A stretch of DNA of 64,000 nt from a virus: IMG/VR virus record IMGVR_UViG_2693429897_000002, one strand, 5' to 3'. The position numbers were made by a program, and so were the translations under genes. This document shows positions 44,428 to 53,250 of this stretch, one piece after another. Below the pieces are notes generated by a model. That model had not been told where the DNA came from, did not search any database, and saw only the letters and a list, made by a program, of their open reading frames with translations. Numbering within the stretch: position 1 is the first letter of the stretch; each line of letters begins with the position of its first letter.

Positions 44428-45173
44428 TGGCGGCGCTTCTGGACTTCAACCATCGGGAGAAGAAACCCGATTTCGCGGATGCGGTGAACGCGCTCATCGA
44501 CGCCGCCCTGACAACCGAGAACGCGGGCCGACCTGCGCGTGACTATCTCGGGGGCAGCCGTCTGGGCGATGCCTGCCAGCGGCGGCTTCAATACGAATAT
44601 CTCAAGGCGCCGAAGGACGACGGTGCGGACTTTACCGGACGCTCCTTGCGTATCTTCGCGCTTGGTCATGTTCTCGAGGATCTGGCCATCGACTGGCTGC
44701 GCAAGGCCGGCTTCGATCTCAGCACGCGCAACCGCCATGGCGAACAGTTCGGCTTCTCCGCCGCTGGCGGCCGCCTGCAGGGGCATGCCGATGGCGTCAT
44801 CGTGGCGGCGCCGAACGGAATGGCGGTTCCGGCGCTTTGGGAGTGCAAGTCGGCCAATGCGAAGAACTGGCGCGAGATCGCCAGGCGCGGCGTGGTCAAG
44901 GCCAAGCCGATCTATGCGGCGCAGATCGCGCTCTATCAGGCCTATCTCGGCCTCACCGAGGCGCCGGCGCTCTTCACCGCGATCAACAAGGACAGCTGCG
45001 AGATCTGGCACGAGCTGGTCCCGTTCGATGCCGAGCGGGCGCAGGCCGCGAGCGACAAGGCGGTGCGGATCCTGCGCGCCTGCGACGCGGGCGAACTGTT
45101 GCCCCGGCACACGGAGGATCCCGAGCATTTCGAATGCCGCTTCTGCGCCTGGAAAGAGAGGTGCTGGGCATGA
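44427..45173 (+). CDS. PD-(D/E)xK exonuclease (Cas4-like phage nuclease)
   Basis: YLGGSRLGDACQRRLQY, GHADG, LWECKS, YAAQIALY and CRFCAWKERC. Confidence 0.85.
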   Translation: MAALLDFNHREKKPDFADAVNALIDAALTTENAGRPARDYLGGSRLGDACQRRLQYEYLKAPKDDGADFTGRSLRIFALGHVLEDLAIDWLRKAGFDLSTRNRHGEQFGFSAAGGRLQGHADGVIVAAPNGMAVPALWECKSANAKNWREIARRGVVKAKPIYAAQIALYQAYLGLTEAPALFTAINKDSCEIWHELVPFDAERAQAASDKAVRILRACDAGELLPRHTEDPEHFECRFCAWKERCWA

Positions 45174-47539
45174 CGGAAGTGCCACTGAACACCCCCGACA
45201 CGACACCCGTTCCCGATCGCGACATGATCGCGACCTACGTCCAGGCGGTGTTCGGCTATTGCGAGCATCTGGTGCCGGTGCGGGCGCTGGCCGAGAAGGG
45301 CGCGGCGGACGCGCCCCCGCACACGCCGTTCCTGCCCGCCGACGACACGCTCGCCGAGATGCTCGCGCGCCAGGCGGATTGGGCGGCGCGCGCCGGCATG
45401 GCGCTTTTCGTGGTGCCGGGCACGGTCGAGAAACCCGGCGATGCCCGCGCGGAGCACATTCTGCAGACGCAGGTCGTGCTGGTCGATCTCGACCATGGCG
45501 ACATCGCGGCGAAACGCGCCCATCTGGAATGCCATGTGGGACGGCCCACGCTGGTCGTCGCCTCGGGCGGTGTGACAACCGAGGGTCAGCGCAAGCTGCA
45601 TCTCTACTGGCGCCTGACCGAGCCGGCGGAAGGCGAGGACATCGCGCGCGTGTGCCGGCTGCGGCAGACGATTGCCGCGAAGGTCGGCGGCGATCCGGCT
45701 TTCAAATCCGCCCATCAGCCGATCCGGGTCGCGGGCAGCATCCATGCCAAGGGCGGCAGTCGGCGGCTCGTCGAGATCATCGATCACGCCGAGATCGATC
45801 ACGACCTTGGCGAACTCACCGAGTCCATCCTGGCGATGCCGCCGATGGAGGGGCTCTCGGATGACACGCTCGATTTCAACGGTGCAGGCCGCGGGGGCGA
45901 CTCGGTTCCGGAACTGTTCGGGCGCCCCGTTCGCGAAGGCGGCGTCGACGGCACGACCCGCTTCGATGCGCTCTCTCGCGTCATCGGCTACTGGATCCGT
46001 CGCTGCCGCGAAGGGCATGTCACACCGGGCGAGGCCTGGGACGAGATCAAGGCCTACAATCTCGCCCGCATCGATCCGCCCTGGCCGGAGGACAGGCTGA
46101 AACGGGAAGCCGAGCGTTTGTGGCAGCGAGATCTCGAACGCAACGGGGCCTTCGACGACGATCTTCCCGAAGGCGCCGATGGCGGCGGCGGAGACAATGA
46201 CGGCCCGACACCCGTGCGTTTCAGCGAGGACGCGCTGGCGGCGCGCTTTGCCGAGCGGCACGCCTATCGCTGGCGCTACGTGGCCGGATGGGGACAGTGG
46301 CTCACCTGGACCGGGGCGGTCTGGCGGCGCGAGGACACGCTGCAGGCCTTCGATCTTGCGCGCCAGGTCTGCCGCGAGGCGGCGGTGCGCGCGCCGTCTG
46401 CGCGTGTTCGCACCAAGCTGTCCACGGCCGCAACTGTGGCCGCCGTCGAGCGGCTCGCCCGCAGCGATCGCAGGCATGCCAGCACGACCGAGATCTGGGA
46501 CCGCGACCCCTGGCTTCTGAACACCGGCGATGGCGTGATCGACCTTCGCACCGGCGCGCTATCCGCCCACGATCCGCAGCTCTTCATGACCAAGGTCGCG
46601 GGGGCCTCCTGCAAGGGCGCCTGTCCGACATGGGAGGCGTTCCTTCATACAGTCACGGGCGGTGACGCAGAGCTTCAGGCCTATCTGCGCCGGATGGCCG
46701 GTTACTGCCTGACCGGCGTGACCACCGAGCATGCGCTCTTCTTCCTCTACGGCACCGGCGCCAACGGCAAGTCGGTCTTTGCCAACACGCTGACCGCGAT
46801 CATGGGCGACTACGCCACCGTCGCGGCCATGGACATGTTCATGGCCACCCATGGCGACAGGCATCCGACCGACATGGCGGGGCTCCGCGGCGCGCGGATC
46901 GTGACCTCCATCGAAACCGAACAGGGAAGCCGCTGGGCCGAGAGCAAGCTCAAGGCCCTCACCGGCGGCGACAAGATCACCGCCCGCTTCATGCGGCAGG
47001 ACTTCTTCGAGTTCATCCCGCAGTTCAAGCTGCTGATCGTCGGCAACCACAAGCCGTCCATCCGCAACGTGGACGAGGCAATGCGGCGACGGCTGCACAT
47101 GGTGCCCTTCACGGTCACCATCCCGCCCGCCAGACGCGACCGACGCCTGTCCGACCGGCTTCTGGCCGAGCGTGACGGCATCCTCGCTTGGGCGCTCCGG
47201 GGCTGCCTCGAGTGGCAGGAGACCGGACTGCGCCCGCCCGAGGCCGTGATGGCGGCGACCGAGGACTACTTCGAGGCCGAGGACGCGCTCGGGCGGTGGA
47301 TCGAAGAACGTTGCGTGACGGGCCCGTCCTACTGGAGCGGGTCAAGCGCGCTCTTTGCAAGCTGGAAAAGCTGGGCCGAGGCGAACGGAGAATACGCCGG
47401 TTCGATGAAGCGTTTCTCCGAAACCCTGACCAACCGCGGCTTCGAGAAACAGAACACCCGCAGCGCTCGGGGCTTTCGTGGACTGGCTCTGCGGGACAGC
47501 GATGATGACCTATTCGGGGGAGAAGAAAAATGTCAGTAA
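45170..47539 (+). CDS. Phage primase-helicase (RepB-like primase plus P4/D5 SF3 helicase), 789 aa
   Basis: VDLDHG, KLHLYW, HQPIRVAGSIH, GTGANGKS and VGNHKP; start MTEVPL at 45170. Confidence 0.92.
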   Translation: MTEVPLNTPDTTPVPDRDMIATYVQAVFGYCEHLVPVRALAEKGAADAPPHTPFLPADDTLAEMLARQADWAARAGMALFVVPGTVEKPGDARAEHILQTQVVLVDLDHGDIAAKRAHLECHVGRPTLVVASGGVTTEGQRKLHLYWRLTEPAEGEDIARVCRLRQTIAAKVGGDPAFKSAHQPIRVAGSIHAKGGSRRLVEIIDHAEIDHDLGELTESILAMPPMEGLSDDTLDFNGAGRGGDSVPELFGRPVREGGVDGTTRFDALSRVIGYWIRRCREGHVTPGEAWDEIKAYNLARIDPPWPEDRLKREAERLWQRDLERNGAFDDDLPEGADGGGGDNDGPTPVRFSEDALAARFAERHAYRWRYVAGWGQWLTWTGAVWRREDTLQAFDLARQVCREAAVRAPSARVRTKLSTAATVAAVERLARSDRRHASTTEIWDRDPWLLNTGDGVIDLRTGALSAHDPQLFMTKVAGASCKGACPTWEAFLHTVTGGDAELQAYLRRMAGYCLTGVTTEHALFFLYGTGANGKSVFANTLTAIMGDYATVAAMDMFMATHGDRHPTDMAGLRGARIVTSIETEQGSRWAESKLKALTGGDKITARFMRQDFFEFIPQFKLLIVGNHKPSIRNVDEAMRRRLHMVPFTVTIPPARRDRRLSDRLLAERDGILAWALRGCLEWQETGLRPPEAVMAATEDYFEAEDALGRWIEERCVTGPSYWSGSSALFASWKSWAEANGEYAGSMKRFSETLTNRGFEKQNTRSARGFRGLALRDSDDDLFGGEEKCQ

Positions 47540-48153
47540 AATCAATGGGTGCGACGGGTGTGACGGGTCATGACCATATAACCGTCACGCGTGCGCACAC
47601 GCGCGCCCGTGAGAGGTTTACCGAACAACCCGTCACATCCGTCACACCCGCCACCGAAGCGAAGGCCACGGACGGCGACGTTCTCCCCGATACGGTGCTC
47701 GCGCTCGATCTCGGAACCACGACCGGCTGGGCGTTGCGCGGGCATGACGATCTTATCGCCACCGGCACGGTCTGCTTCAGACCGAGGCGGTTCGATGGTG
47801 GTGGCATGCGGTATCTGCGCTTCACCAACTGGCTGAGCGAGATCGACCGGATGTCGGGGCCCATCTCCGCCATCTGGTTCGAGGAGGTGCGCAGACACGC
47901 GGGCACCGACGCGGCACATGTATACGGCGGCCTCATGGCCACGCTGACCGCATGGGCCGAGCTGCGTGGCGTGCCTTACGAGGGCGTGCCTGTTGGAACG
48001 ATCAAGCGTCACGCGACCGGCAAGGGCAATGCGGCGAAGCAGGCGATGATCGCGGCGGTTCGGGCCCGGGGCTTCAGCCCCGCCGACGACAACGAGGCCG
48101 ATGCCATCGCGCTGCTTCTCTGGGCCATCGAGACGAAGGGAGGCATGGCATGA
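47530..48153 (+). CDS. RuvC-like Holliday junction resolvase
   Basis: VLALDLGTTTGWA, IWFEEVRRH, VGTIKRHATGKGNA and DDNEADA. Confidence 0.82.
   Translation: MSVKSMGATGVTGHDHITVTRAHTRARERFTEQPVTSVTPATEAKATDGDVLPDTVLALDLGTTTGWALRGHDDLIATGTVCFRPRRFDGGGMRYLRFTNWLSEIDRMSGPISAIWFEEVRRHAGTDAAHVYGGLMATLTAWAELRGVPYEGVPVGTIKRHATGKGNAAKQAMIAAVRARGFSPADDNEADAIALLLWAIETKGGMA
47547..47649. repeat. 22-bp inverted repeat built from GTGACGG units (candidate replication origin)
   Basis: GGGTGCGACGGGTGTGACGGGT (47547-47568) versus ACCCGTCACATCCGTCACACCC (47628-47649), 2 mismatches, immediately after the primase gene. Confidence 0.7.
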
Positions 48154-48407
48154 TCCGTCCCGCGATCCTCGAGGAAGCCGCCCATGTGCTCGAAGCCCGT
48201 GCCGAGACCTATGGGCCGGCGACGGATGCCCTGCGCGCCATCGCGGCGCGCTGGTCCCTCACGCTGGGCGTGCCCATCAGCCCCGCGCAGGTGGCGCTCT
48301 GCATGATCGACCTGAAACTGGCGCGGCTTGCGCACGACCCCGCGCATCGCGACAGCCTCGTGGACGTGATCGGCTACGCGGCGCTGATGTCGGAGGCGGG
48401 AGGATGA
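48150..48407 (+). CDS. DUF6378-like phage protein
   Basis: RAETYG...IAARWS...VALCMIDLKLARL...DSLVDVIGYAAL. Confidence 0.75.
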   Translation: MIRPAILEEAAHVLEARAETYGPATDALRAIAARWSLTLGVPISPAQVALCMIDLKLARLAHDPAHRDSLVDVIGYAALMSEAGG

Positions 48408-48613
48408 AGGCGATGCGCTTCACCCCGCCGGGCTATGGCGGTCGGCGACGCGATCCCGATGAGGTCAAGCGCGACGGCTGGCGGGAACAGGGAATTTTAG
48501 CGGTGTCCGTCGACGACGACAGGCTGACCTGGCCCGAGCGGGAACTGGTGCGCCAGCTGGGCGAACGCCTCTACGGGCCGCGCCCCGCCGATGACGGAGA
48601 GCGTCATGGATAG
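48404..48613 (+). CDS. Hypothetical phage protein (69 aa)
   Basis: MKAMRFTPPGYGGRRRDPDEVKRDGW; ATGA-coupled. Confidence 0.65.
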   Translation: MKAMRFTPPGYGGRRRDPDEVKRDGWREQGILAVSVDDDRLTWPERELVRQLGERLYGPRPADDGERHG

Positions 48614-49046
48614 GTGGACCCCGTCCCTCGTCGAGGCCCGGCTTTCCGAGGCGGCATTCGTGCTCAAACGGCTCCCCGAGCCACGACTTCGGGGGTATTT
48701 CAGCACATGGCCCGAGATCATCCACTCCTTCGCCGACCAGGTGGGCCAGGAGCCGAAACGGATGCGCGTACTGCCCTCGCCGCAGGCGATCAGCCGGATG
48801 GAGGAGACGCTGACCTGGACTGCCGGTCTCGACCCGGTCGACGGAAAGATCGTCTGGCTTCGCGCTTACGGCTATCGCTGGCGCGAGGTCTGCCGCGCGG
48901 TCGGTCTTCAGCGTGCCTCTGCCCATCATCATTGGGTCTATTCCTTGTGTCTGATCGCGCACCGGCTGAACAACCGCCGCCTCAACCCGCGGCTTTCCAT
49001 GCAGCAGGTGATCGACCTCGCGCGCGCCGACGACCCGGCGCTGTGA
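48591..49046 (+). CDS. DUF6362-like putative late-gene regulator
   Basis: WTPSLVEARLSEAA...AISRMEETLTW...VWLRAYGYRWREVCRAVG HTH; last gene before the packaging region. Confidence 0.7.
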   Translation: MTESVMDRWTPSLVEARLSEAAFVLKRLPEPRLRGYFSTWPEIIHSFADQVGQEPKRMRVLPSPQAISRMEETLTWTAGLDPVDGKIVWLRAYGYRWREVCRAVGLQRASAHHHWVYSLCLIAHRLNNRRLNPRLSMQQVIDLARADDPAL

Positions 49047-49388
49047 GCGTTCCGAAGCCGGATGAATTTTTTTCCAGACACTTTCGCGATCATGCCGGTA
49101 TGTGAGGGGTAAGTTCAATCGGTGCGTCGGAAGGTCACCCAGCCAAGGCCACGGTTCCTTCCTGGCTGAATACGTATGCTGGCGGGCTTGGCGCGCAATA
49201 TCGCCAGCGACAGGGCCGGATTTTTGGGAAGCCACCCGGAATCCGGATCCATGAAAACCCCACGCAAACCCAATAAACACTGGCCTTCTGGCCGGATACC
49301 CCGGACGCCGCTGGACCCCGCGAGGAGTCCAGCGCGGCATCCGGAATCCACTCCGCCGGAATCCACCACCACTCACGGAACACCGCCC

Positions 49389-50738
49389 ATGACGCTGAGC
49401 TTCGCCCCCGAGCGGATCGAAACCTGGCCGCTGGCCAAGCTCCAGCCCTACGCGAAGAACGCGAAGGTGCATGGGGCCGACCAGGTGGCGAAGATCGCCG
49501 CCAGCATGGCCGAGTTCGGCTGGACCGTGCCCTGCCTCGTCGGCGATGACGGCGAGCTGATCGCCGGACACGGCCGCGTTCTGGCCGCAACGCAGCTCGG
49601 GCTGACCGAGGCACCGGTGATCGTGCTCGGGCACCTGACCGAGGCGCAGCGGCGGGCCTATCGTCTGGCCGACAACAAGCTGACGGAGCTTGCCGACTGG
49701 AACGAAGCCGTTCTTTCGGCAGAACTGAATGACCTGCTGGCCGAGGACTTTGACCTGTCGCCGGTCGGCTTCTCCGACGGCGAACTCGACAAGCTGCTGG
49801 CCTTCGTGCCGGAGGGGGACGGTGAAACAGAAGATGGCGCCGGCGGCTCCGTGCCGCCGGTGACCATCCCGGAGCCGCCGCGCAACCCGGTGTCGCGGAC
49901 GGGCGATCTGTGGATCCTTGGCGATCACCGGCTGCTCTGCGGCGACAGCACGAACCACGACGACGTGCGCCGTCTGATGAACGGCGAGCGCGCGGTGCTG
50001 TTCGCGACCGATCCGCCGTATCTCGTCGACTACGACGGGTCCAACCATCCGACCCGGAACAAGGACTGGTCCGCCTCCTATGGCACGACCTGGGATGACA
50101 GCTCGCAGGGCGCGGAGCTCTACGACGGCTTCATTGCCGCCGCCGTTGCGGAAGCGATCACCGAGGATGCCGCGTGGTATTGCTGGCACGCCTCCCGCCG
50201 CCAGGCGATGCTGGAAGCCTGCTGGGAGAAGGCGGGCGCCTTCGTGCATCAGCAGATCATCTGGGTGAAGGATCGCGGCGTCCTGACCCGGTCGCATTAT
50301 CTTTGGAAGCACGAGCCCTGCTTCATGGGCTGGCGCCGCCCGAACCGCCCGCCGAAGGTGGCAGAGGAAACGCTGCCCTCGACCTGGGAGATGCCGTCCT
50401 TCGCCAAGGACGAGCGGCCCGACCATCCGACGCCGAAACCGCTCGACGCCTTCGGGATCCCGATGCGCCAGCACGTCGCCCGTGGCGGGCTTTGCTACGA
50501 GCCGTTCTCCGGCTCGGGCTCGCAGATCATGGCGGGCGAAGCCAACGGTCGCCGCGTCTACGCCATGGAGATCAGCCCAGCCTACGTCGATGTCGCCGTG
50601 GAGCGCTGGCAGGCGGAGACTGGCAAGGACGCGATCCTCGATGACGACGGTCGAACTTTTTCGCAGGTGAGGGCCGAGCGGCTGAAAAACACACAAGGTG
50701 CAGATACCGCCCAATCCGAACAGAAGGCCGCAGCCTGA
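49389..50738 (+). CDS. ParB-like domain fused to an N6/N4 DNA methyltransferase
   Basis: LIAGHGRV, YRLADNKL, TDPPY, HPTPKP and YEPFSGSGS; start MTLSFAP at 49389. Confidence 0.92.
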   Translation: MTLSFAPERIETWPLAKLQPYAKNAKVHGADQVAKIAASMAEFGWTVPCLVGDDGELIAGHGRVLAATQLGLTEAPVIVLGHLTEAQRRAYRLADNKLTELADWNEAVLSAELNDLLAEDFDLSPVGFSDGELDKLLAFVPEGDGETEDGAGGSVPPVTIPEPPRNPVSRTGDLWILGDHRLLCGDSTNHDDVRRLMNGERAVLFATDPPYLVDYDGSNHPTRNKDWSASYGTTWDDSSQGAELYDGFIAAAVAEAITEDAAWYCWHASRRQAMLEACWEKAGAFVHQQIIWVKDRGVLTRSHYLWKHEPCFMGWRRPNRPPKVAEETLPSTWEMPSFAKDERPDHPTPKPLDAFGIPMRQHVARGGLCYEPFSGSGSQIMAGEANGRRVYAMEISPAYVDVAVERWQAETGKDAILDDDGRTFSQVRAERLKNTQGADTAQSEQKAAA

Positions 50739-50742
50739 GGCG

Positions 50743-51729
50743 ATGCATGACCTGGCTCTACCTTCCCCCGGCCTGTCTGCCGGAGCTGGAGACCTGTTCG
50801 GCCTCTCGCTCTGCTCCGGCGCAGGCGGGCTCGACCTCGGGCTCGCCATCGCCTTGCCCGAATATCGAACTGTGGGCCATGTCGAACGGGAAACCTACGC
50901 CGCGGCCATTCTCGTGGCCCGGATGGAAGAGGCGGCCTTGGATCCGGCGCCTGTCTGGGACGACGTTGCCAGCTTCGACGGCCGCCCTTGGCGCGGTGCG
51001 GTGGACATCGTCACTGCGGGCTATCCGTGTCAGCCATTCAGCGTGGCGGGCAAACGCCGGGGTGTCGACGACCCCCGCCACCTCTGGCCGCATGTCGCCC
51101 GCATCGTCGGCGAGGTCCAGCCGCCCTTCGTCTTCCTCGAGAACGTCGCCCATCATCTCCGCCTCGGCTTTCCCGAAGTCGCCGGAGGATTGGTCGACAT
51201 GGGCTACAGACTTGCGGCGGGCCTCTTCACGGCGGCGGAAGTCAGGGCGCCGCACAAGCGCGAGCGGCTCTTCATCCTCGCCATCCGCGAGGGAGACCAC
51301 CTGGCCGACCCCGCGCGCTTGCTCCGGGACCCGCTCGAGCGGTGGGAACCGGACGGAGATGCTCGCCCGTTGGCCGACGCCGATGGCGAGCGACGGCCAC
51401 AAGCCGAGCGCGGGCAAGCGGAAGCCGGCCGATCTGACGAATGCCAGCCGCATGTGGATGACGCCGACAGCGCGGGATCACAAGGACGGGGCGACGACAT
51501 TGGCGAACACGCCGGTGAACGGCCTGCTTGGCCGCCAGGTCCTGGTGACGCCGACGGCTGGCGGGAGTACCTGCGACACGCCCCGGACGCTGAACCCAGC
51601 GTTCGTCGAGGCGCTGATGGGCTGGCCCACCGGGTGGACCGGCTTCGCCTCTGCGGCAACGGAGTGGTCCCGCTGGTTGCCGCGCATGCGGTCAGAACTC
51701 TCGCGGCTCAACTGCTGGCCGATGGATGA
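50743..51729 (+). CDS. C5 cytosine DNA methyltransferase, alpha-type polypeptide (motifs I-VIII and X)
   Basis: SLCSGAGG (I), TAGYPCQPFS (IV), FLENV (VI), HKRERLFI (VIII) and RLCGNGVV (X); no motif IX in this frame. Confidence 0.9.
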   Translation: MHDLALPSPGLSAGAGDLFGLSLCSGAGGLDLGLAIALPEYRTVGHVERETYAAAILVARMEEAALDPAPVWDDVASFDGRPWRGAVDIVTAGYPCQPFSVAGKRRGVDDPRHLWPHVARIVGEVQPPFVFLENVAHHLRLGFPEVAGGLVDMGYRLAAGLFTAAEVRAPHKRERLFILAIREGDHLADPARLLRDPLERWEPDGDARPLADADGERRPQAERGQAEAGRSDECQPHVDDADSAGSQGRGDDIGEHAGERPAWPPGPGDADGWREYLRHAPDAEPSVRRGADGLAHRVDRLRLCGNGVVPLVAAHAVRTLAAQLLADG

Positions 51730-51742
51730 GAGTGAGGCATGA
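50747..51742 (+). CDS. Overlapping alternative-frame polypeptide carrying a TRD-like region and motif IX of the C5 methyltransferase
   Basis: Frame open for 331 codons; W[PM]TP repeats and RTLNPAFVEALMGWPTGW (motif IX-like); shares the GAGG RBS; its stop overlaps the next ATG (ATGA). Confidence 0.72.
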   Translation: MTWLYLPPACLPELETCSASRSAPAQAGSTSGSPSPCPNIELWAMSNGKPTPRPFSWPGWKRRPWIRRLSGTTLPASTAALGAVRWTSSLRAIRVSHSAWRANAGVSTTPATSGRMSPASSARSSRPSSSSRTSPIISASAFPKSPEDWSTWATDLRRASSRRRKSGRRTSASGSSSSPSARETTWPTPRACSGTRSSGGNRTEMLARWPTPMASDGHKPSAGKRKPADLTNASRMWMTPTARDHKDGATTLANTPVNGLLGRQVLVTPTAGGSTCDTPRTLNPAFVEALMGWPTGWTGFASAATEWSRWLPRMRSELSRLNCWPMDESEA

Positions 51743-51963
51743 AGCAGTCGCGGCTCATGTCGATGGTCGAGGCGGCCACGAACGTTGTTGTCGGCTACGT
51801 TCTGGCCATCGCCACGCAGATCGTCGTGTTCCCGTGGTTCGGGATCGAGACCGGTCTCGCGGAGCATCTGACCATCGGCCTCGCTTTCGTCGGCGTCTCG
51901 CTGGTGCGGTCCTTCGCCCTGCGCCGGCTGTTCGAGGCGCTGCGGATGCGCGGGACGAAATAG
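51739..51963 (+). CDS. Small hydrophobic phage protein (DUF7220-like)
   Basis: MKQSRLMSMVEAATNVVVGY...RSFALRRLFE. Confidence 0.75.
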   Translation: MKQSRLMSMVEAATNVVVGYVLAIATQIVVFPWFGIETGLAEHLTIGLAFVGVSLVRSFALRRLFEALRMRGTK

Positions 51964-51966
51964 GCA

Positions 51967-51989
51967 CCGCCGCCCGTTTGGGGCGGCGG
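51967..51989. terminator. GC hairpin between convergent genes
   Basis: CCGCCGCCC-GTTTG-GGGCGGCGG; no clear U tract. Confidence 0.5.
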
Positions 51990-52014
51990 CTACAGAATTC
52001 TGGCGGACCGGGTG

Positions 52015-52539
52015 TCAATCGCTGGCGATGCGATAGACCCGCCCGCGCCCCTCGACCTTCTCAGAGGTGATCGTCATGCCCAGCTTCTTCTTTAGGGCGC
52101 CGGACATGGCGCCTCTCACTGTGTGAGCCTGCCATCCGGTGGCTTCGACGATCTCGTCGATGGTTGCACCGACGTCGTCGCGAAGCATTTCAATCATCCG
52201 CGCCTGCTTCGTGCCGGTGCGCGGTTTGCGAGTCTTGGGCGCGGGCTTGGTGTCCGGTTGCTCCGGCTCGATGCCGATGGCCGCGAGGCCCGCATCGGTG
52301 ACGTGCAGGAGGATGGCACAACCATCCTCATCGTTGCGCCAGATGCGGTTCAGGGCGGGATCGGCCTTCGCGAGTTGATCCGTCACGGTTTCGGCGATCA
52401 GCCCGCGCTTCATGAGCGCGCCGATCACTTTCTGCGCGGCGCCTCCGCGCAAGCTGCCGGGGAGAGGCAGGACATTGCGATCGTCACGCTGCGCGGCGGC
52501 GCCGAGGATGATTGCTTGCGTGTCGGATAGCTTGGTCAT
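52015..52539 (-). CDS. DUF3489-family protein
   Basis: MTKLSDTQAIIL...GTKQARMIEML...GATIDEIVEATGWQAHTVRGAMSG. Confidence 0.82.
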   Translation of the reverse strand: MTKLSDTQAIILGAAAQRDDRNVLPLPGSLRGGAAQKVIGALMKRGLIAETVTDQLAKADPALNRIWRNDEDGCAILLHVTDAGLAAIGIEPEQPDTKPAPKTRKPRTGTKQARMIEMLRDDVGATIDEIVEATGWQAHTVRGAMSGALKKKLGMTITSEKVEGRGRVYRIASD

Positions 52540-52676
52540 CTGGGGTCTCCGTGTTCGGGGCCGCGACCGTCGCGACCCTCCTACGACCCGTTCGCCCGAC
52601 TTACGCGGCCCCACTGGGGCCACGGTTCGGGCTCACCGCGCAGGGCGCGCGGCGGGAGTTCCGGCTGCGCCGGAGA

Positions 52677-52946
52677 TCACTCGGCGTATTCGCCTTCGCC
52701 GAACAGGAAGTCGGTGATTTCCCTGAGGTCGCTGGCGACATGGTCGAGCGACCCGATGGCTCCCCAGTTGACCGCATCGGGGTCGAACCCGAAGTGGTCG
52801 TCGCTGAGTGCCTGCATCCGGGCGAGCATTTCGTCGATCTCGGCCTTCTTTCCGATGAAGGCGGCGAGGGCAGCCTCTTGGTTCTTCCGCGCCTTCTCGG
52901 CCCGGAGTTCATGGCGGGGCGTGGGTTGCGGGTTGAGGCGGGTCAT
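52677..52946 (-). CDS. Hypothetical phage protein (89 aa)
   Basis: MTRLNPQ...AAFIGKKAEIDEMLARM...HFGFDPDAVNWG. Confidence 0.7.
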   Translation of the reverse strand: MTRLNPQPTPRHELRAEKARKNQEAALAAFIGKKAEIDEMLARMQALSDDHFGFDPDAVNWGAIGSLDHVASDLREITDFLFGEGEYAE

Positions 52947-52957
52947 TCGTGTTCTCC

Positions 52958-53140
52958 TCACTTTGTCCGCTCGATCATGGCGAGGATGGCGCAGGCCATG
53001 CCGCCGAGAAACTCGCCGCGGCGGAAGACGATCTCGTCGATCTCGCTGGCGCGGTCGATGGTGGGGTCAACCGCGAGGTCGTCGGCCATGTGCGGCAGCA
53101 GGTGGCGGGCTTCGGTGTTGTAGCGTTCGGCGAGGGTCAT
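52958..53140 (-). CDS. Hypothetical phage protein (60 aa)
   Basis: MTLAERYNTEARHLLPHM...; upstream GGAG RBS. Confidence 0.6.
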   Translation of the reverse strand: MTLAERYNTEARHLLPHMADDLAVDPTIDRASEIDEIVFRRGEFLGGMACAILAMIERTK

Positions 53141-53250
53141 GGCGGGCTCCGTAGCTGAGTTGCATCGTCCTTGTGATGACACGTTCGCTCTGGTCGGGAG
53201 GCTTATCAACACCATAAGCACATGATTTTGAAAGATAATCGGAGCGCGCC

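Noticed and set aside
44427-45173. Cas4-like nuclease as part of the CRISPR system
   Set aside because: It lies 39 kb from the cas operon inside the prophage replication operon; a typical phage PD-(D/E)xK exonuclease
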